Assembly (NCBI GenBank): GCA_963716725.1
Contig: CAVQUB010000032.1
Coordinates: forward strand, 1-64,000
Direction of reading: 5' to 3'
DNA length: 64,000 nt
From: an uncultured delta proteobacterium
GTDB taxonomy: Bacteria; Myxococcota_A; Polyangia; Polyangiales; Polyangiaceae
Below are positions 21,371-33,039 of the stretch, piece by piece (positions within the stretch are counted from its first letter, which is position 1; each line of letters opens with the position of its first letter). Made by a program: the position numbers and the translations under genes. The notes beneath the pieces were generated by a model. It was not told the origin of the DNA, ran no database searches, and was given only the letters and a program-made list of their open reading frames with translations.

Positions 21371-22736
21371 GTGCGCCGAGTCCTCGTAGTGGATGATGAA
21401 GAGAACCTCAGGCTGGTTCTGCGGACGCTGCTGCGTCGCAACGGCTACGAGGTGGAGACAGCCGGCAGCGGCGAGGACGCCCTGGGCATGGTCGAATCCT
21501 TCGGCCCCGACTTCGTCATCACCGACGTGCGCATGCCCAAGATGGGAGGCCTCGACCTCTTGGCGACTCTCAAGGCCAAGGGCAGCGACGCCACCGTGAT
21601 CGTGATGAGCGCGTACGGCAACACGGACATGGCCCTCGAAGCCATGAAGGGTGGCGCCTACGACTACATCCAGAAGCCGTTCAAGCCCGACGAGGTCGTG
21701 CTCACGCTGCGCAAGGCCGAGGAGCGCGAACTCTTGCGCCGCGAGAACCGCGCGCTTGCGCGAGGAGATCCGCAAAGAGAACAAGTTCGAAGACATCCTC
21801 GCCAAGAGCCCCAAGATGCAGGCGATCTTCCGGACAATCTCGAAGATCGCGGAGTACAAGACCACGGTGCTCGTGACCGGTGAGAGCGGATCGGGCAAGG
21901 AGCTGGTGGCTCGTGCGATCCACCGGCGCAGCACTCGGCGCGGCGGTCCCTTCGTTCCGGTCAACTGCGGCGCTATCCCCGAGAACCTGCTCGAGAGCGA
22001 GCTCTTCGGGCACAAGAAGGGCGCCTTCACCGACGCCGTCGGCGATCGCCGTGGGCTCTTCGAGGAGGCCGACGGCGGCACGCTCTTCCTCGACGAAATT
22101 GGCGAGCTGCCGCTGGCGCTGCAGGTCAAGCTGCTGCGCGTGCTCGAGGACGAGAAGATCCGGCGCCTCGGCGACACCCGAGACGTCAAGGTCGACGTGC
22201 GAATCATCACGGCGACGCACCGAGATCTCACCGCCGAGACGAAGGCCGGGCGCTTTCGCGAGGACCTCTTCTACCGGCTGAACGTGCTGCCCATCCACGT
22301 ACCGCCGCTACGGGAGCGACGCGAAGACATCCCGCTGCTCATCGAGCACTTCATCACGCGAAACAATACCCGGCTCGGCACCAACATCCGGGGCATGGAC
22401 ACCGAGTGTCGGCGGCTGCTTTATGAGTACTCCTGGCCGGGCAACGTTCGCGAGCTCGAGAACACCATCGAGCGGGCGATGGTCCTGGCCGAGGGCGATC
22501 AGCTCGTCGCAGCGGACCTGGCCGAGCGCATCCGCGAAGCGCGCGACCCCGTCCAGATGCAGCTGGCCAGCGGGGAACTCTCGGTCAAGAAGACCATGCG
22601 GGTCATCGAAGAGCTCCTGATTCGGCGGGCGCTCCAGAAGACCAAGGGCAACCGGACCCGGGCCGCCGAAGTGCTGGAAATCAGCCACCGGGCTTTGCTC
22701 TACAAAATCAAGGACTACCAGATCACCGATCTATGA
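21371..22736 (+). CDS. Sigma54-dependent response regulator (NtrC/AtoC family), single frameshift near 21756
   Basis: Receiver VLVVDDE/TDVRMP/KPF; GESGSGKE, ESELFGHKKGAFTDA, LFLDEIG, FREDLFYRL, WPGNVREL; C-terminal HTH. Confidence 0.92.
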
Positions 22737-22783
22737 GTGAGCCTTGTTGGCTCGCTCGGGCGTCTGGATCTAGGATTGCCCCC

Positions 22784-23299
22784 ATGAAACGCGCCTGCCT
22801 CGTCGTCCTGTCCGCCTTGCTCCTGTCCGCCTGCGGCGGCCCCTCGAACGAAGGTCAGGGGGTGAAGACCCCGGACGAGCTCTTGGCGGAGCAAGAGCGC
22901 CTCGCGGACGAGCAGGACCGAGAGCGCCAGAAGCACGCGAGCGGCTCCACCGAAGAGACCGACCTCGAGAAAAAGGCGAAGTTCGACAAGCGGCAAGCCG
23001 ATCTGGAGCTGAAGCGCGCCGCGCGCTCCGCGGAGACCTGTCCAGGCTCCGTTCCCGAGGAGAGCCCGGCGGGCACTGCCAAGGTCACGGTGGTCTTCGG
23101 GCCCGACGGGAACGCAAAGAGCGCCACCATCACGGCGCCCTACGACGAAAACGCGGTCGGCAAATGCGCGATCAACGCCTTCAACAGCGTCATCGTCCCG
23201 CCCTTCGAGGGCGCCGACGAGACCATCGAGTGGGAAATCACCTTCCCCGAGCAAGAGAAGAAGGATCCGAAGAAGGACCCGAAGAAGAAGGGGAAGTGA
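22784..23299 (+). CDS. Lipoprotein with TonB-C/AgmX-like C-terminal domain
   Basis: LLLSA-C lipobox; charged coiled coil; GTAKVTVVFGPDG...VGKC...VPPFEG. Confidence 0.68.
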   Translation: MKRACLVVLSALLLSACGGPSNEGQGVKTPDELLAEQERLADEQDRERQKHASGSTEETDLEKKAKFDKRQADLELKRAARSAETCPGSVPEESPAGTAKVTVVFGPDGNAKSATITAPYDENAVGKCAINAFNSVIVPPFEGADETIEWEITFPEQEKKDPKKDPKKKGK

Positions 23300-23441
23300 G
23301 CTGGAGCGCTCCCAATGGCTGATCCCGCCACCCGGGTTCCTCGTTAATTCGCGGAAAAAGTTTCCGCGAGCGCGGACAAATCAAACTCGGGGTGAGTCCG
23401 TCTTACAATGAGTGAAGGCCAAGTCCGGCCACCCTCGTTCG

Positions 23442-25217
<1,776 letters not shown>

Positions 25218-25224
25218 GCCCCGA

Positions 25225-25425
25225 TCACCAAAGCCAGAGGCCCAGGACGACGAGGCACGAGGCGAGGGCTACCGTAGCCATCGCCGCTACCTCCCAAGGC
25301 CCGGTGCTCCGATCGGAGAACCTCAGCTCGATCGATGCGAAGCGGCTGGCTTCGCGGCGCTGACGACCCCCGAGGGCGACGTTCGCCGCGCGGATCGCCG
25401 AGTCGAGCTGCTCCACGTCTTGCAT
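25225..25425 (-). CDS. Possible small protein with C-terminal transmembrane helix
   Basis: MQDVEQLDSAIRAANV...AAMATVALASCLVVLGLWLW fills the gap between convergent genes. Confidence 0.4.
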   Translation of the reverse strand: MQDVEQLDSAIRAANVALGGRQRREASRFASIELRFSDRSTGPWEVAAMATVALASCLVVLGLWLW

Positions 25426-25471
25426 CGGCCCGAGCATTTGCCATGAGTCCGGGGCGAGTGTCGAGGCGCAG

Positions 25472-28321
25472 TCAGAAAAACCTAGCCTTTCCGGATACTT
25501 CCCACCACTCACGGTAGGCGCGCTGGGCCCGCTCCCGCTCCTTGGGGGGCAGGTCCTCGTAGTAGCCGAAGTACTCCTTCGAGACGGACTTGAGCTCCTC
25601 GCTCGCCGCGCGCCGGATCTCGAGGCTCTGCTGCTGGAGCGCGTCGATCAGCCACTCGATCCGATGACGGCCGGAGTTGGTCTGCCACCACGCCGTCCAG
25701 ACCTTGCCTTCACGCCCGAAGTCCTGGCGGGTCAGGGTGGCCAGCGCCCAATGCACCGAGCGCACCACGGCCGAGTTGTCGGTACCGAGCAGGGGGATCA
25801 GACGTGGAACCGCCCGGGGATCCCGGAGGTCCGCGAGGGCTTCGATACTGCTGTGGCGCACCTCCGGCGCCTGCGATGGCTCCGCCGCCAGGGTTGCCAG
25901 CCCGTCCCGGAGCGTCGTGCGAGCCTCCGAATCCGTCTGCATCAGGCGCCCCGCCGCCAGCGCGCCGCGTCGTACGTCCGCGTCGGCGTCGCTGAAGCGG
26001 CGCACCACCGCGCGCGCCGCATCCGCAGCCGGAAGCTCGCCCAAGAGCCACGTCGCCCAACGACGAACATTCGAGTCCCGATCCGCGGTTCGCACGACCA
26101 AAAACGGAACGGCCACGGTGCCCATCCGCACGATGGTGTGCAGTACGGGCCCGCACTCGGAGGCTCGGGTACCGGCTTCGGCAAAGCGTCGAGCTCGGTC
26201 CTGCGGCACGGGACCGGGAAACTCCGCGACCAACACGCTGACCGCGGGGTCGCCGATTTCGACCAGACGATCGCCGGCGGATTCATCGCCTTCGAGCAAG
26301 CGCGCGAGCAAAGCTCGGCACTCGGCGTTGATGTCCACGATCACCGACGGCAGCAGTCGGTCGCTGGCGTCTTGCCGCCGAAATGGCGCCCGGGGCCCGA
26401 GGGAAATCTGGCGCGACGCCGGGGCCAGGGGAGCTTCGTGTCCAACGTCGCTCCGCTGTTCGAACTCGAGCTCGCCGAAGGGCCCGGGGGCCGCCCGCGC
26501 GTCGGCTTCCACGTCCCAGGCCGCGTCGATGGTGGCCTCGTTCTCCAGGGACGGCGCAAGGGCGCCCGGAGCGCCCGACTTGGTCCGACGCGTCAGGGGA
26601 ATGGGCTGTTCTTGTGCCGCCTCGTGGTTGCCCGGAGTTCCGTGCGGGGGAGTCTCGCGGCGTGGCGAGCGCCCGACGGCGATGACCGGGACCGGGATCG
26701 ATTCGGCGCTCGTGCGGCCCTTGGCCTGGGGGCTCTCGGCCGGAGTTGGCGGCGTGAGGCTCGCGATGAACTCGTTCGGATGGCTGCGGGCGAGAGCTTT
26801 CGGCGACTCGTCCGAAGTGACCGGTCCCGCAATGGCTTGCGGTGACGCCGCGACGGTCACCGGGCCTGCGGGAGGGCTGCCTTTTGCGGCGGGCGTGGCG
26901 TGGGCAGTCGTCGGCGGACTGCTGGGGCGGGCGTTGGCGTCCAAGGCCCGGGCCAGGGCCTCCACCCGCTGCTCGACCCCTGGCAGTCGTTGGCGCTGGC
27001 GCCGCCGACGCGGCGCATCGCTCAGCGAAATCTGGGTGCTCAGCTCGCCCGAAGCGCGCCGCCCACCGTGCTTTCGCTTCATGATGATCCGCTCGAGCGC
27101 GGCGGCGGCGAGGGGTGCAAAGGCGAGGATGTCGCCCACTTCCGAGAGCAGCACCTCCTGATCGCCTTGATCGCCGTAGAGCAGCAGCACCGGGCGACCT
27201 CGCACCACGAGGGGCAAGGTCAAGACGGTCTTCGACGCCTGGCGTTCGAGGTCCTTCGCCAGGCTGGCGTCGAGTCCGTCGTCGCTGAGCGTGACCAGTT
27301 GAAACGCACCCGCGTTTCTCGCACTCGCGAGCGCGCTGGGCAGGTCCAGGGGCACGCCGATCGCTCGCAACCTGGCTCGATCCGCGCCGGGCCCGTGCGC
27401 GTCGCGTCCCTCGGCCACGTCGCCTTGCACGGCGAAGAGGGCCGAGTACTCGAAGTACTGCGACGCAAAGTCGAAGAACGCCGCCAGCACGTCGTCACGA
27501 CAGTCCGCGTCGAGCAGGTCCTGCTCCGCTTGCGCTGCCGTGTAGGGCCCGCGGTGTCGTGTCCGCCCGCGCTCGCGGTTCGGGGGAGTCGACAGCCACT
27601 TGGGTGCGCTCGGCCGGTCCGCCTCGACACGTTCCGAGGGGTGTCGCGGGGTGATCAGCGTCGCTACCTGAGGCGCGGGTGGTGGCGCAGCGGTCTCCGC
27701 GGGGGGCGGCGCGAATCCCGGCTCGCTCGCGCGTCGCCCGGTCGCCATCGAGTAACCCATGGGAGGAACGCTGGCAGGCCGGGGCAGCTTCGGGAATCCG
27801 ACCATCCCACCGCGCAGCGGCGCGGGCATGGAGCTGGGGCTCGGATCCGGATGCCCCTCGAGCTTGGCGACCAGCCGAAGCATGCGGCGATCGAGCGCGA
27901 CACCGTAGTCCCGCGCCAGCGCTTGACGGATCCGAACCAGAGGCGCCGCCCACTGCTCGATGCGGACCCCCAGCGAGAACGCCAGGTCCCCCTCGACTTC
28001 TGCCGGCAGCGGCTCGCTCACAGCGATGGTCAGGATGCCCGCGGTCTCCTCGAGCGGGTGGAACGAGTGGCGCGCCGCGAGCTCGGCGGGGACCAGACTC
28101 ATCAGCTCGTCGGGCGCCCTTGCCAGCTCACCGTGCGGTGCTGGGGGCAGGCCGAAGCTCTCCGCCAAGAGCGGAGTCAGCAGGTGCTCGCTCACCAGCG
28201 CGAGCTCGAGCAGGTTGGTGACCAGATCGCCTCCGTAGAGCACCTGTCGAGCGAGCGCCTCCTCGACCTCCCGCATCGATGCGACGTGCGCCTTGACGAT
28301 CGCCGAGCTCAGGGTGGCCAT
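25472..28321 (-). CDS. GspE-N/MshEN-like domain, GAF-like domain and HEAT-repeat protein (FrgA-like architecture)
   Basis: EEALARQVLYGGDLVTNLLEL...VPAELAARHSFHP...AVSEP; LPLVVRGRPVLLLYGD; HEAT repeats (NVRRWATWLLGEL, VRHSSIEALADL). Confidence 0.72.
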   Translation of the reverse strand: MATLSSAIVKAHVASMREVEEALARQVLYGGDLVTNLLELALVSEHLLTPLLAESFGLPPAPHGELARAPDELMSLVPAELAARHSFHPLEETAGILTIAVSEPLPAEVEGDLAFSLGVRIEQWAAPLVRIRQALARDYGVALDRRMLRLVAKLEGHPDPSPSSMPAPLRGGMVGFPKLPRPASVPPMGYSMATGRRASEPGFAPPPAETAAPPPAPQVATLITPRHPSERVEADRPSAPKWLSTPPNRERGRTRHRGPYTAAQAEQDLLDADCRDDVLAAFFDFASQYFEYSALFAVQGDVAEGRDAHGPGADRARLRAIGVPLDLPSALASARNAGAFQLVTLSDDGLDASLAKDLERQASKTVLTLPLVVRGRPVLLLYGDQGDQEVLLSEVGDILAFAPLAAAALERIIMKRKHGGRRASGELSTQISLSDAPRRRRQRQRLPGVEQRVEALARALDANARPSSPPTTAHATPAAKGSPPAGPVTVAASPQAIAGPVTSDESPKALARSHPNEFIASLTPPTPAESPQAKGRTSAESIPVPVIAVGRSPRRETPPHGTPGNHEAAQEQPIPLTRRTKSGAPGALAPSLENEATIDAAWDVEADARAAPGPFGELEFEQRSDVGHEAPLAPASRQISLGPRAPFRRQDASDRLLPSVIVDINAECRALLARLLEGDESAGDRLVEIGDPAVSVLVAEFPGPVPQDRARRFAEAGTRASECGPVLHTIVRMGTVAVPFLVVRTADRDSNVRRWATWLLGELPAADAARAVVRRFSDADADVRRGALAAGRLMQTDSEARTTLRDGLATLAAEPSQAPEVRHSSIEALADLRDPRAVPRLIPLLGTDNSAVVRSVHWALATLTRQDFGREGKVWTAWWQTNSGRHRIEWLIDALQQQSLEIRRAASEELKSVSKEYFGYYEDLPPKERERAQRAYREWWEVSGKARFF

Positions 28322-28413
28322 GGTCTCGCCGGGGCCCCGCCCCCCGGTGGCTGGAATTTCGGCGGGAGGCGCCGCAAAGTCAATGTTCTAATGGGCATTT
28401 TCGTCGTTCGTGA

Positions 28414-29790
28414 CTACGGCGGGGCGAAATCCCGCAGCCCCGCCAGCATCCCCTGGGCGAGGCTCAGGTAGATGAGGATACCCAGGACGTCCACCACGGT
28501 CGCGATGAACGGGGTCGAGCTCGTCGCCGGGTCCACGCCGAGGCGGTGCAGGAGCAGGGGCATCATGCCGCCGACCACACAGCCCATCACGACGATGGCC
28601 ACCAAGCTCAGGGCGACGAGGCCAATCATGCCCGGCGGGTCCCCCGCCACCAGCACGCGCGCCACGCCGAAGGTCGCCAGCATGGCGCCAAGGACCACGC
28701 CCTGTGCCAGCTCACGCCGAAGCACGCGGTGCCAGTCGCGGGCGGAGATTTCGCCCACCGCCAGGCCCCGGATCACCAGCGTGGAGGACTGCGACCCGGA
28801 GTTGCCGCCCGCGGCGATGAGCAGGGGAACGTAGAACATGAGTTCGGCCACCCTCGCGAGCACGCCGTCGAAGGTCCGCATGGCGGTGGTGGTGAAGAAG
28901 CCGCCCACGAACAAGATGGCGAGCCAGGGAGCTCGCTTGCGAATGTACTCGGCGAACGAAGCGTCGAAGTAGCCTTCTCGAATCGGCTCGACGGCCCCCA
29001 TCTTGTGCACGTCTTCGGCCTGCTCCTCGCTCATGACGTCGAGGATGTCGTCGGAGGTGATCAATCCCAAGAGCTCACCCTTCGAGCTGACCACCGGCAT
29101 GGCATGCAGATCGTACTTCGCCAGGACCTTGGCGACCTCTTCTTGATCGAGATCCGGCAGCACCGAGATCACGTTCTCGCGCATGGTGTCCCCGACGCGT
29201 TCGTCGGGAGCAGCCAACAGCAGATCGCGCAGGCGGAGGATCCCGAGGAGCCGGTCACGATCGCCCACCACGTACACCGAGTCGAGGGTCTCGGCCTCAC
29301 GCGCGCGCCTGCGCAGTTCGTCGATGGCCTCGTTGATGGTGAGGTTGGGTGTGATCGCGATGAACTCGGTGGTCATCAGGCCGCCGGCCGAGGTCTCCGG
29401 CCATTGCCGCAGCTCTTCGACCTCCTCGGCGGCCTCCGGATCGACGCGTTCGAGGCTCTCCAGCACCGGTTCAGCGAGTGCGGGTGGCATCTGGCTGAAA
29501 AAATCGGCGCGTTCGTCGGCGCCCATCTCGGCGGCGATGAGCGCCGTCGAGTCCGCCCCGAGCGCCTGCGTCATCGCCTCTTGGTCTTCGTCATTGAGGC
29601 GCTCGAAGACCTCGGCGGCGTACTCGGTGGGCAGGCGCTTGAGCAGCTCGCCCGCCTGTTCGGGCTCGAGCTCGGCGACGATGTCGGCGATATCCTCGGG
29701 GTGGATTTCGTCGAGCAGCTCCCGAACCTCGTCCGGGGCTTCGCGCAGGAGCGACTCGAGCTCCGGTCCGATGAGGCGCACCAGCCGCAT
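28414..29790 (-). CDS. mgtE: Magnesium transporter MgtE
   Basis: HPEDIAD, AGGLMT, CBS pair, RAPWL, GGNSGSQS, DPA...PFIATVVD. Confidence 0.96.
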   Translation of the reverse strand: MRLVRLIGPELESLLREAPDEVRELLDEIHPEDIADIVAELEPEQAGELLKRLPTEYAAEVFERLNDEDQEAMTQALGADSTALIAAEMGADERADFFSQMPPALAEPVLESLERVDPEAAEEVEELRQWPETSAGGLMTTEFIAITPNLTINEAIDELRRRAREAETLDSVYVVGDRDRLLGILRLRDLLLAAPDERVGDTMRENVISVLPDLDQEEVAKVLAKYDLHAMPVVSSKGELLGLITSDDILDVMSEEQAEDVHKMGAVEPIREGYFDASFAEYIRKRAPWLAILFVGGFFTTTAMRTFDGVLARVAELMFYVPLLIAAGGNSGSQSSTLVIRGLAVGEISARDWHRVLRRELAQGVVLGAMLATFGVARVLVAGDPPGMIGLVALSLVAIVVMGCVVGGMMPLLLHRLGVDPATSSTPFIATVVDVLGILIYLSLAQGMLAGLRDFAPP

Positions 29791-29854
29791 GGCGGCCCAA
29801 TATCACAGAACCGCCATGCTTGAGTGCCGGCGCGGGCTCTGGCATGGGGCGCAG

Positions 29855-30625
29855 ATGACCGTTCGGGCCGAGCTCACCCCGCCCATCCTGATCCTCAGCC
29901 TGGACCGACCCAAGGCAAACGCGTTCGACCAGGCCCAGCTCGATGCGCTCGCGAGCGCGGTGGAGGAAGCTGAAGCCGTCGATGGCGCTCGGGCGCTCGT
30001 GATCCGGGCGACCGGGGAACGTGCCTTTTGCGCGGGCGCCGATCTCACCGGCGTCGGGCCATTCGCTGAGCCCGGCGGATTCGCGCGCTGGACAGCCCTG
30101 GCTCATGCGACGCTGGATCGGATCGCCGGCTTTCCGGTGCCGGTCATCGCCGCTCTGCAGCGCCCCGCGGTTGGCGGCGGGTTCGAGCTGGCGCTCGCCT
30201 GCCACCTACGCGTCATGGGGCGCGACGCCCACCTGTCCCTGCCGGAAATCCATCGGGGCTACTTGCCGAGCTGGGCTGGGCTGGAACGCCTGGTGCCGCT
30301 GGTCGGATTGGGGCTCGCGGCCGACCTGGTGCTCACCGGACGGCGGGTGGGGGCGGACGAAGCGCTGGCGCGGGGGCTCGTCCACCGGGTGGCGGACGAC
30401 GCCGACGCTGCCGCGCTGGAGCTGGCCGAGACGCTCGCGAAGCTGCCGCCGCTCGCGGTCCGGGCTGCGATGGGGCAGCTCACGGGCGTCGGGAGCGGCG
30501 ACGGTCGCGAAGCGTTGCGCGCGCGAGAGATCGCTGACCTCGAGCGGTTGGTGCGCACCGAGGACACTGTCGAAGGGGTGCTCGCATTTCTCGAGAAGCG
30601 CGCCCCTGGGTTCAAGGGGCGCTGA
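29855..30625 (+). CDS. Enoyl-CoA hydratase/isomerase
   Basis: DRPKANA, AFCAGADL, AVGGGFELALACH, LPE, EGVLAFLEKRAP. Confidence 0.92.
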   Translation: MTVRAELTPPILILSLDRPKANAFDQAQLDALASAVEEAEAVDGARALVIRATGERAFCAGADLTGVGPFAEPGGFARWTALAHATLDRIAGFPVPVIAALQRPAVGGGFELALACHLRVMGRDAHLSLPEIHRGYLPSWAGLERLVPLVGLGLAADLVLTGRRVGADEALARGLVHRVADDADAAALELAETLAKLPPLAVRAAMGQLTGVGSGDGREALRAREIADLERLVRTEDTVEGVLAFLEKRAPGFKGR

Positions 30626-30630
30626 TTGGC

Positions 30631-31617
30631 TCAGGGACAGTCGCCGTTGATCTTGAACGCCGACGCCGAGAAGTCGGCCTCCAGCTTGTAGGCGTCCTTG
30701 CAGGTCGTGTCGGCTGCGGCGTTGGTCGCCTCGCACCAGTCGCCCGGGGGCCGCTGGCCGCCGATCCAATTCTCCGAGCTCTGGCAGTCCTTGTTTGGAC
30801 CCTTCCAGCTCTGTCCGGCCAGGAGCACGCAGAGCGTCGCGCCGAGATCGTCGACCATGACCTTGTCGGCCTCGTTGACCGTGATGTAGCCCCGGAGGGA
30901 GCCTCCCGGCGTCCATGCTCGTTGCGGCGGATCGAGCTTGGTATCGGGCGCGCAGCTGTTGATTGGTTCCAGCTCGGCGCCGTTGAACTTGCCGGAGCAG
31001 TTGTGGGTCTCGTCGTTGAACGTCGCTTCGAGCGTGACCTTGTGGAGCGGCAGGATGATGGGGTTCGTGAGATCGGTGGGGCTCAGGAAGATCGGAACAT
31101 TGACGTCCAGATCCTTCACGCTGAACGTATTTCCCGCCAGCGTCACGCTCGTGGTGATGGGGGCGACCGGCACAGCCGCGCCGGGCAAGGAGACGAAGCA
31201 GCCGCCAGCCTGAGGATCCGTGATCGGAAGGCTGCCGCCGGTCTTCATCGACATGGCGGTCGAGTCGATCTCGAACAGCCACGAGAATGTACCGTCGCCG
31301 TTCTCGTTGCATTTGGGCTGGTTGAGCGAAATGCCTTTGTCGATCACGTTCTCTTGCACGAACTCGCCGGCCAGGCTCGCAGGGTACTTGACCCTGATGC
31401 TGGACAGCCGCCCCTGCCAGGTGGCTTGTCCGGCGTTGTCGGCCTTGGCCAAGCACTCGGCGCCTGGGCCCTTCGGGCCGGCGACGTAACACTCGGCCGC
31501 CTGAGGCACGCAGTTCGCGTTGCCGTTTCCGCCTTTGCTGCCGTCGTCGTCCCCGCCGCAGGCCGCGGCACTGCCGACCGCTACGCACGTCACCGACCAA
31601 AGCAAGAACTTTCGCAT
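30631..31617 (-). CDS. Cys-rich lipoprotein of unknown function
   Basis: GGAG SD; MRKFLLWSVTCVAVGSAAA-C lipobox; Gly/Asp linker; many Cys. Confidence 0.75.
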   Translation of the reverse strand: MRKFLLWSVTCVAVGSAAACGGDDDGSKGGNGNANCVPQAAECYVAGPKGPGAECLAKADNAGQATWQGRLSSIRVKYPASLAGEFVQENVIDKGISLNQPKCNENGDGTFSWLFEIDSTAMSMKTGGSLPITDPQAGGCFVSLPGAAVPVAPITTSVTLAGNTFSVKDLDVNVPIFLSPTDLTNPIILPLHKVTLEATFNDETHNCSGKFNGAELEPINSCAPDTKLDPPQRAWTPGGSLRGYITVNEADKVMVDDLGATLCVLLAGQSWKGPNKDCQSSENWIGGQRPPGDWCEATNAAADTTCKDAYKLEADFSASAFKINGDCP

Positions 31618-31682
31618 CTGCTCTCCTCCGAAACGCGAAGACCATAGCACCATGCGCCGCGCTCGACGATACTCGCGGACCC

Positions 31683-32696
31683 ATGGGCGGTCGGTCGGCG
31701 GAGCTCCGGATCTGGTGGTACGCCGCCGGATACTTCGGCTGCTACGTGCCCTACAGCGCGCTGGCGAAGGCGCTGAGCGGCGGCGATCTGCCCGGCATGC
31801 AGCGCGGACTGTCGGGGCTGTCGCTGTTGCCGATTTCGACGCTCGCGTCCCTGGTCGGAATGTTTGCGTTCCTGAGCGCGATGCGCTGGTGGCGCTTCGC
31901 GGGGCAACGCCGGGTCCTTGGCCTGAGCCTGCCCTTCCCTGGGTTTTGGACCTTCCTATCCGGCGTCTGCACCGCCGGCATCATCGCGACCACGACCCTC
32001 GCCTACACCTTCGACGGGGTGTCGATCGTGTTCATGATGCTCTTGATGCGAGGAGGCGTGCTGGTCATCGCGCCGCTGACCGATTTTGCGAGTGGCCGCA
32101 GGGTGCGCTGGTTCTCCTGGATCGCTCTCGGGCTCTCGATGGCGGCGCTGCTCGTGGCCTTCCTTGGCAAGAGCGAGAGCAGCCTGGCGATGACCTGGGT
32201 CGCGGCTGTGGACGTGGTCTTTTACCTGCTCGGCTACTTCGTGAGACTCAGGTTCATGAGCCGACTCGCAAAGAGCGACGACCTCGACCTGACCAAACGC
32301 TACTTCGTCGAAGAGCAAATGACGGCCACGCCCCTGGTCGTCGGAACCCTCGCGCTGCTAGCGCTGATCGGCCATGGGCCGGAGATGCTGGAGATCCGTT
32401 CGGGCTTCACCCAGCTCTGGTCGAGCGGGCATGCCGCGACCATCATCGGCGTGGGTGTGCTTTCCCAAGGCACCGGCGTCTTCGGCGGACTCATCCTGCT
32501 CGATAGGCGCGAGAACAGCTTCTGCGTGCCGGTGAACCGCGCCTCGAGTGTGCTGGCCGGGCTGCTGGCCAGCCTTCTGCTCGCGGTCGTGCTCGGCCTC
32601 GAGATGCCCGGTGGCGCCGAGTTGGCCGGGGCCGGCCTGGTGATCTCGGCGATTGTGGCGCTGTCGTTGCCTCCTCTCTTCGCGAAGCGCGCCTGA
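31683..32696 (+). CDS. Polytopic membrane protein (DMT/EamA-like, about 10 TM)
   Basis: Repeated hydrophobic helices across 337 aa. Confidence 0.7.
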   Translation: MGGRSAELRIWWYAAGYFGCYVPYSALAKALSGGDLPGMQRGLSGLSLLPISTLASLVGMFAFLSAMRWWRFAGQRRVLGLSLPFPGFWTFLSGVCTAGIIATTTLAYTFDGVSIVFMMLLMRGGVLVIAPLTDFASGRRVRWFSWIALGLSMAALLVAFLGKSESSLAMTWVAAVDVVFYLLGYFVRLRFMSRLAKSDDLDLTKRYFVEEQMTATPLVVGTLALLALIGHGPEMLEIRSGFTQLWSSGHAATIIGVGVLSQGTGVFGGLILLDRRENSFCVPVNRASSVLAGLLASLLLAVVLGLEMPGGAELAGAGLVISAIVALSLPPLFAKRA

Positions 32697-32761
32697 GACC
32701 CGCGGCCCCAGCGCGGTCGCAACGATCAGCCGGCACCACGCGGCGCGCCACTGCTGCCTCA

Positions 32762-32961
32762 CTTTGAGAGCCCTGCTGAAGCAGAGCCGCCTTCCCGCCG
32801 CCGAGGAAGAGCGCGGACTCGCGATCGATCTTCCACGAAATGCTGCCAGGACCGTGGATGCCCCCGCGCGGGTCGAGGATCCCGCGTCTCACCTGTTCGA
32901 TTTGGCTCTCGAGATCGGCGCGCGTCACGACCTGGAGGACGCCCGGCGGCGGATCGGTCAT
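32762..32961 (-). pseudogene. Truncated DUF2236/MpaB-like oxygenase gene remnant
   Basis: MTDPP...VTRADLESQIEQVRRGILDPRGGIHGPGSISWKIDRESALFLGGGKAALLQ breaks off just before the expected LAHP motif. Confidence 0.62.
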
Positions 32962-33039
32962 TGGAGCTTGCCCGCGCTTTTCAACGCGCCCATGGTCGGC
33001 TAGTTCTTCCACCCCGGCGTTCGGCCGGCAAGGCGAGTC

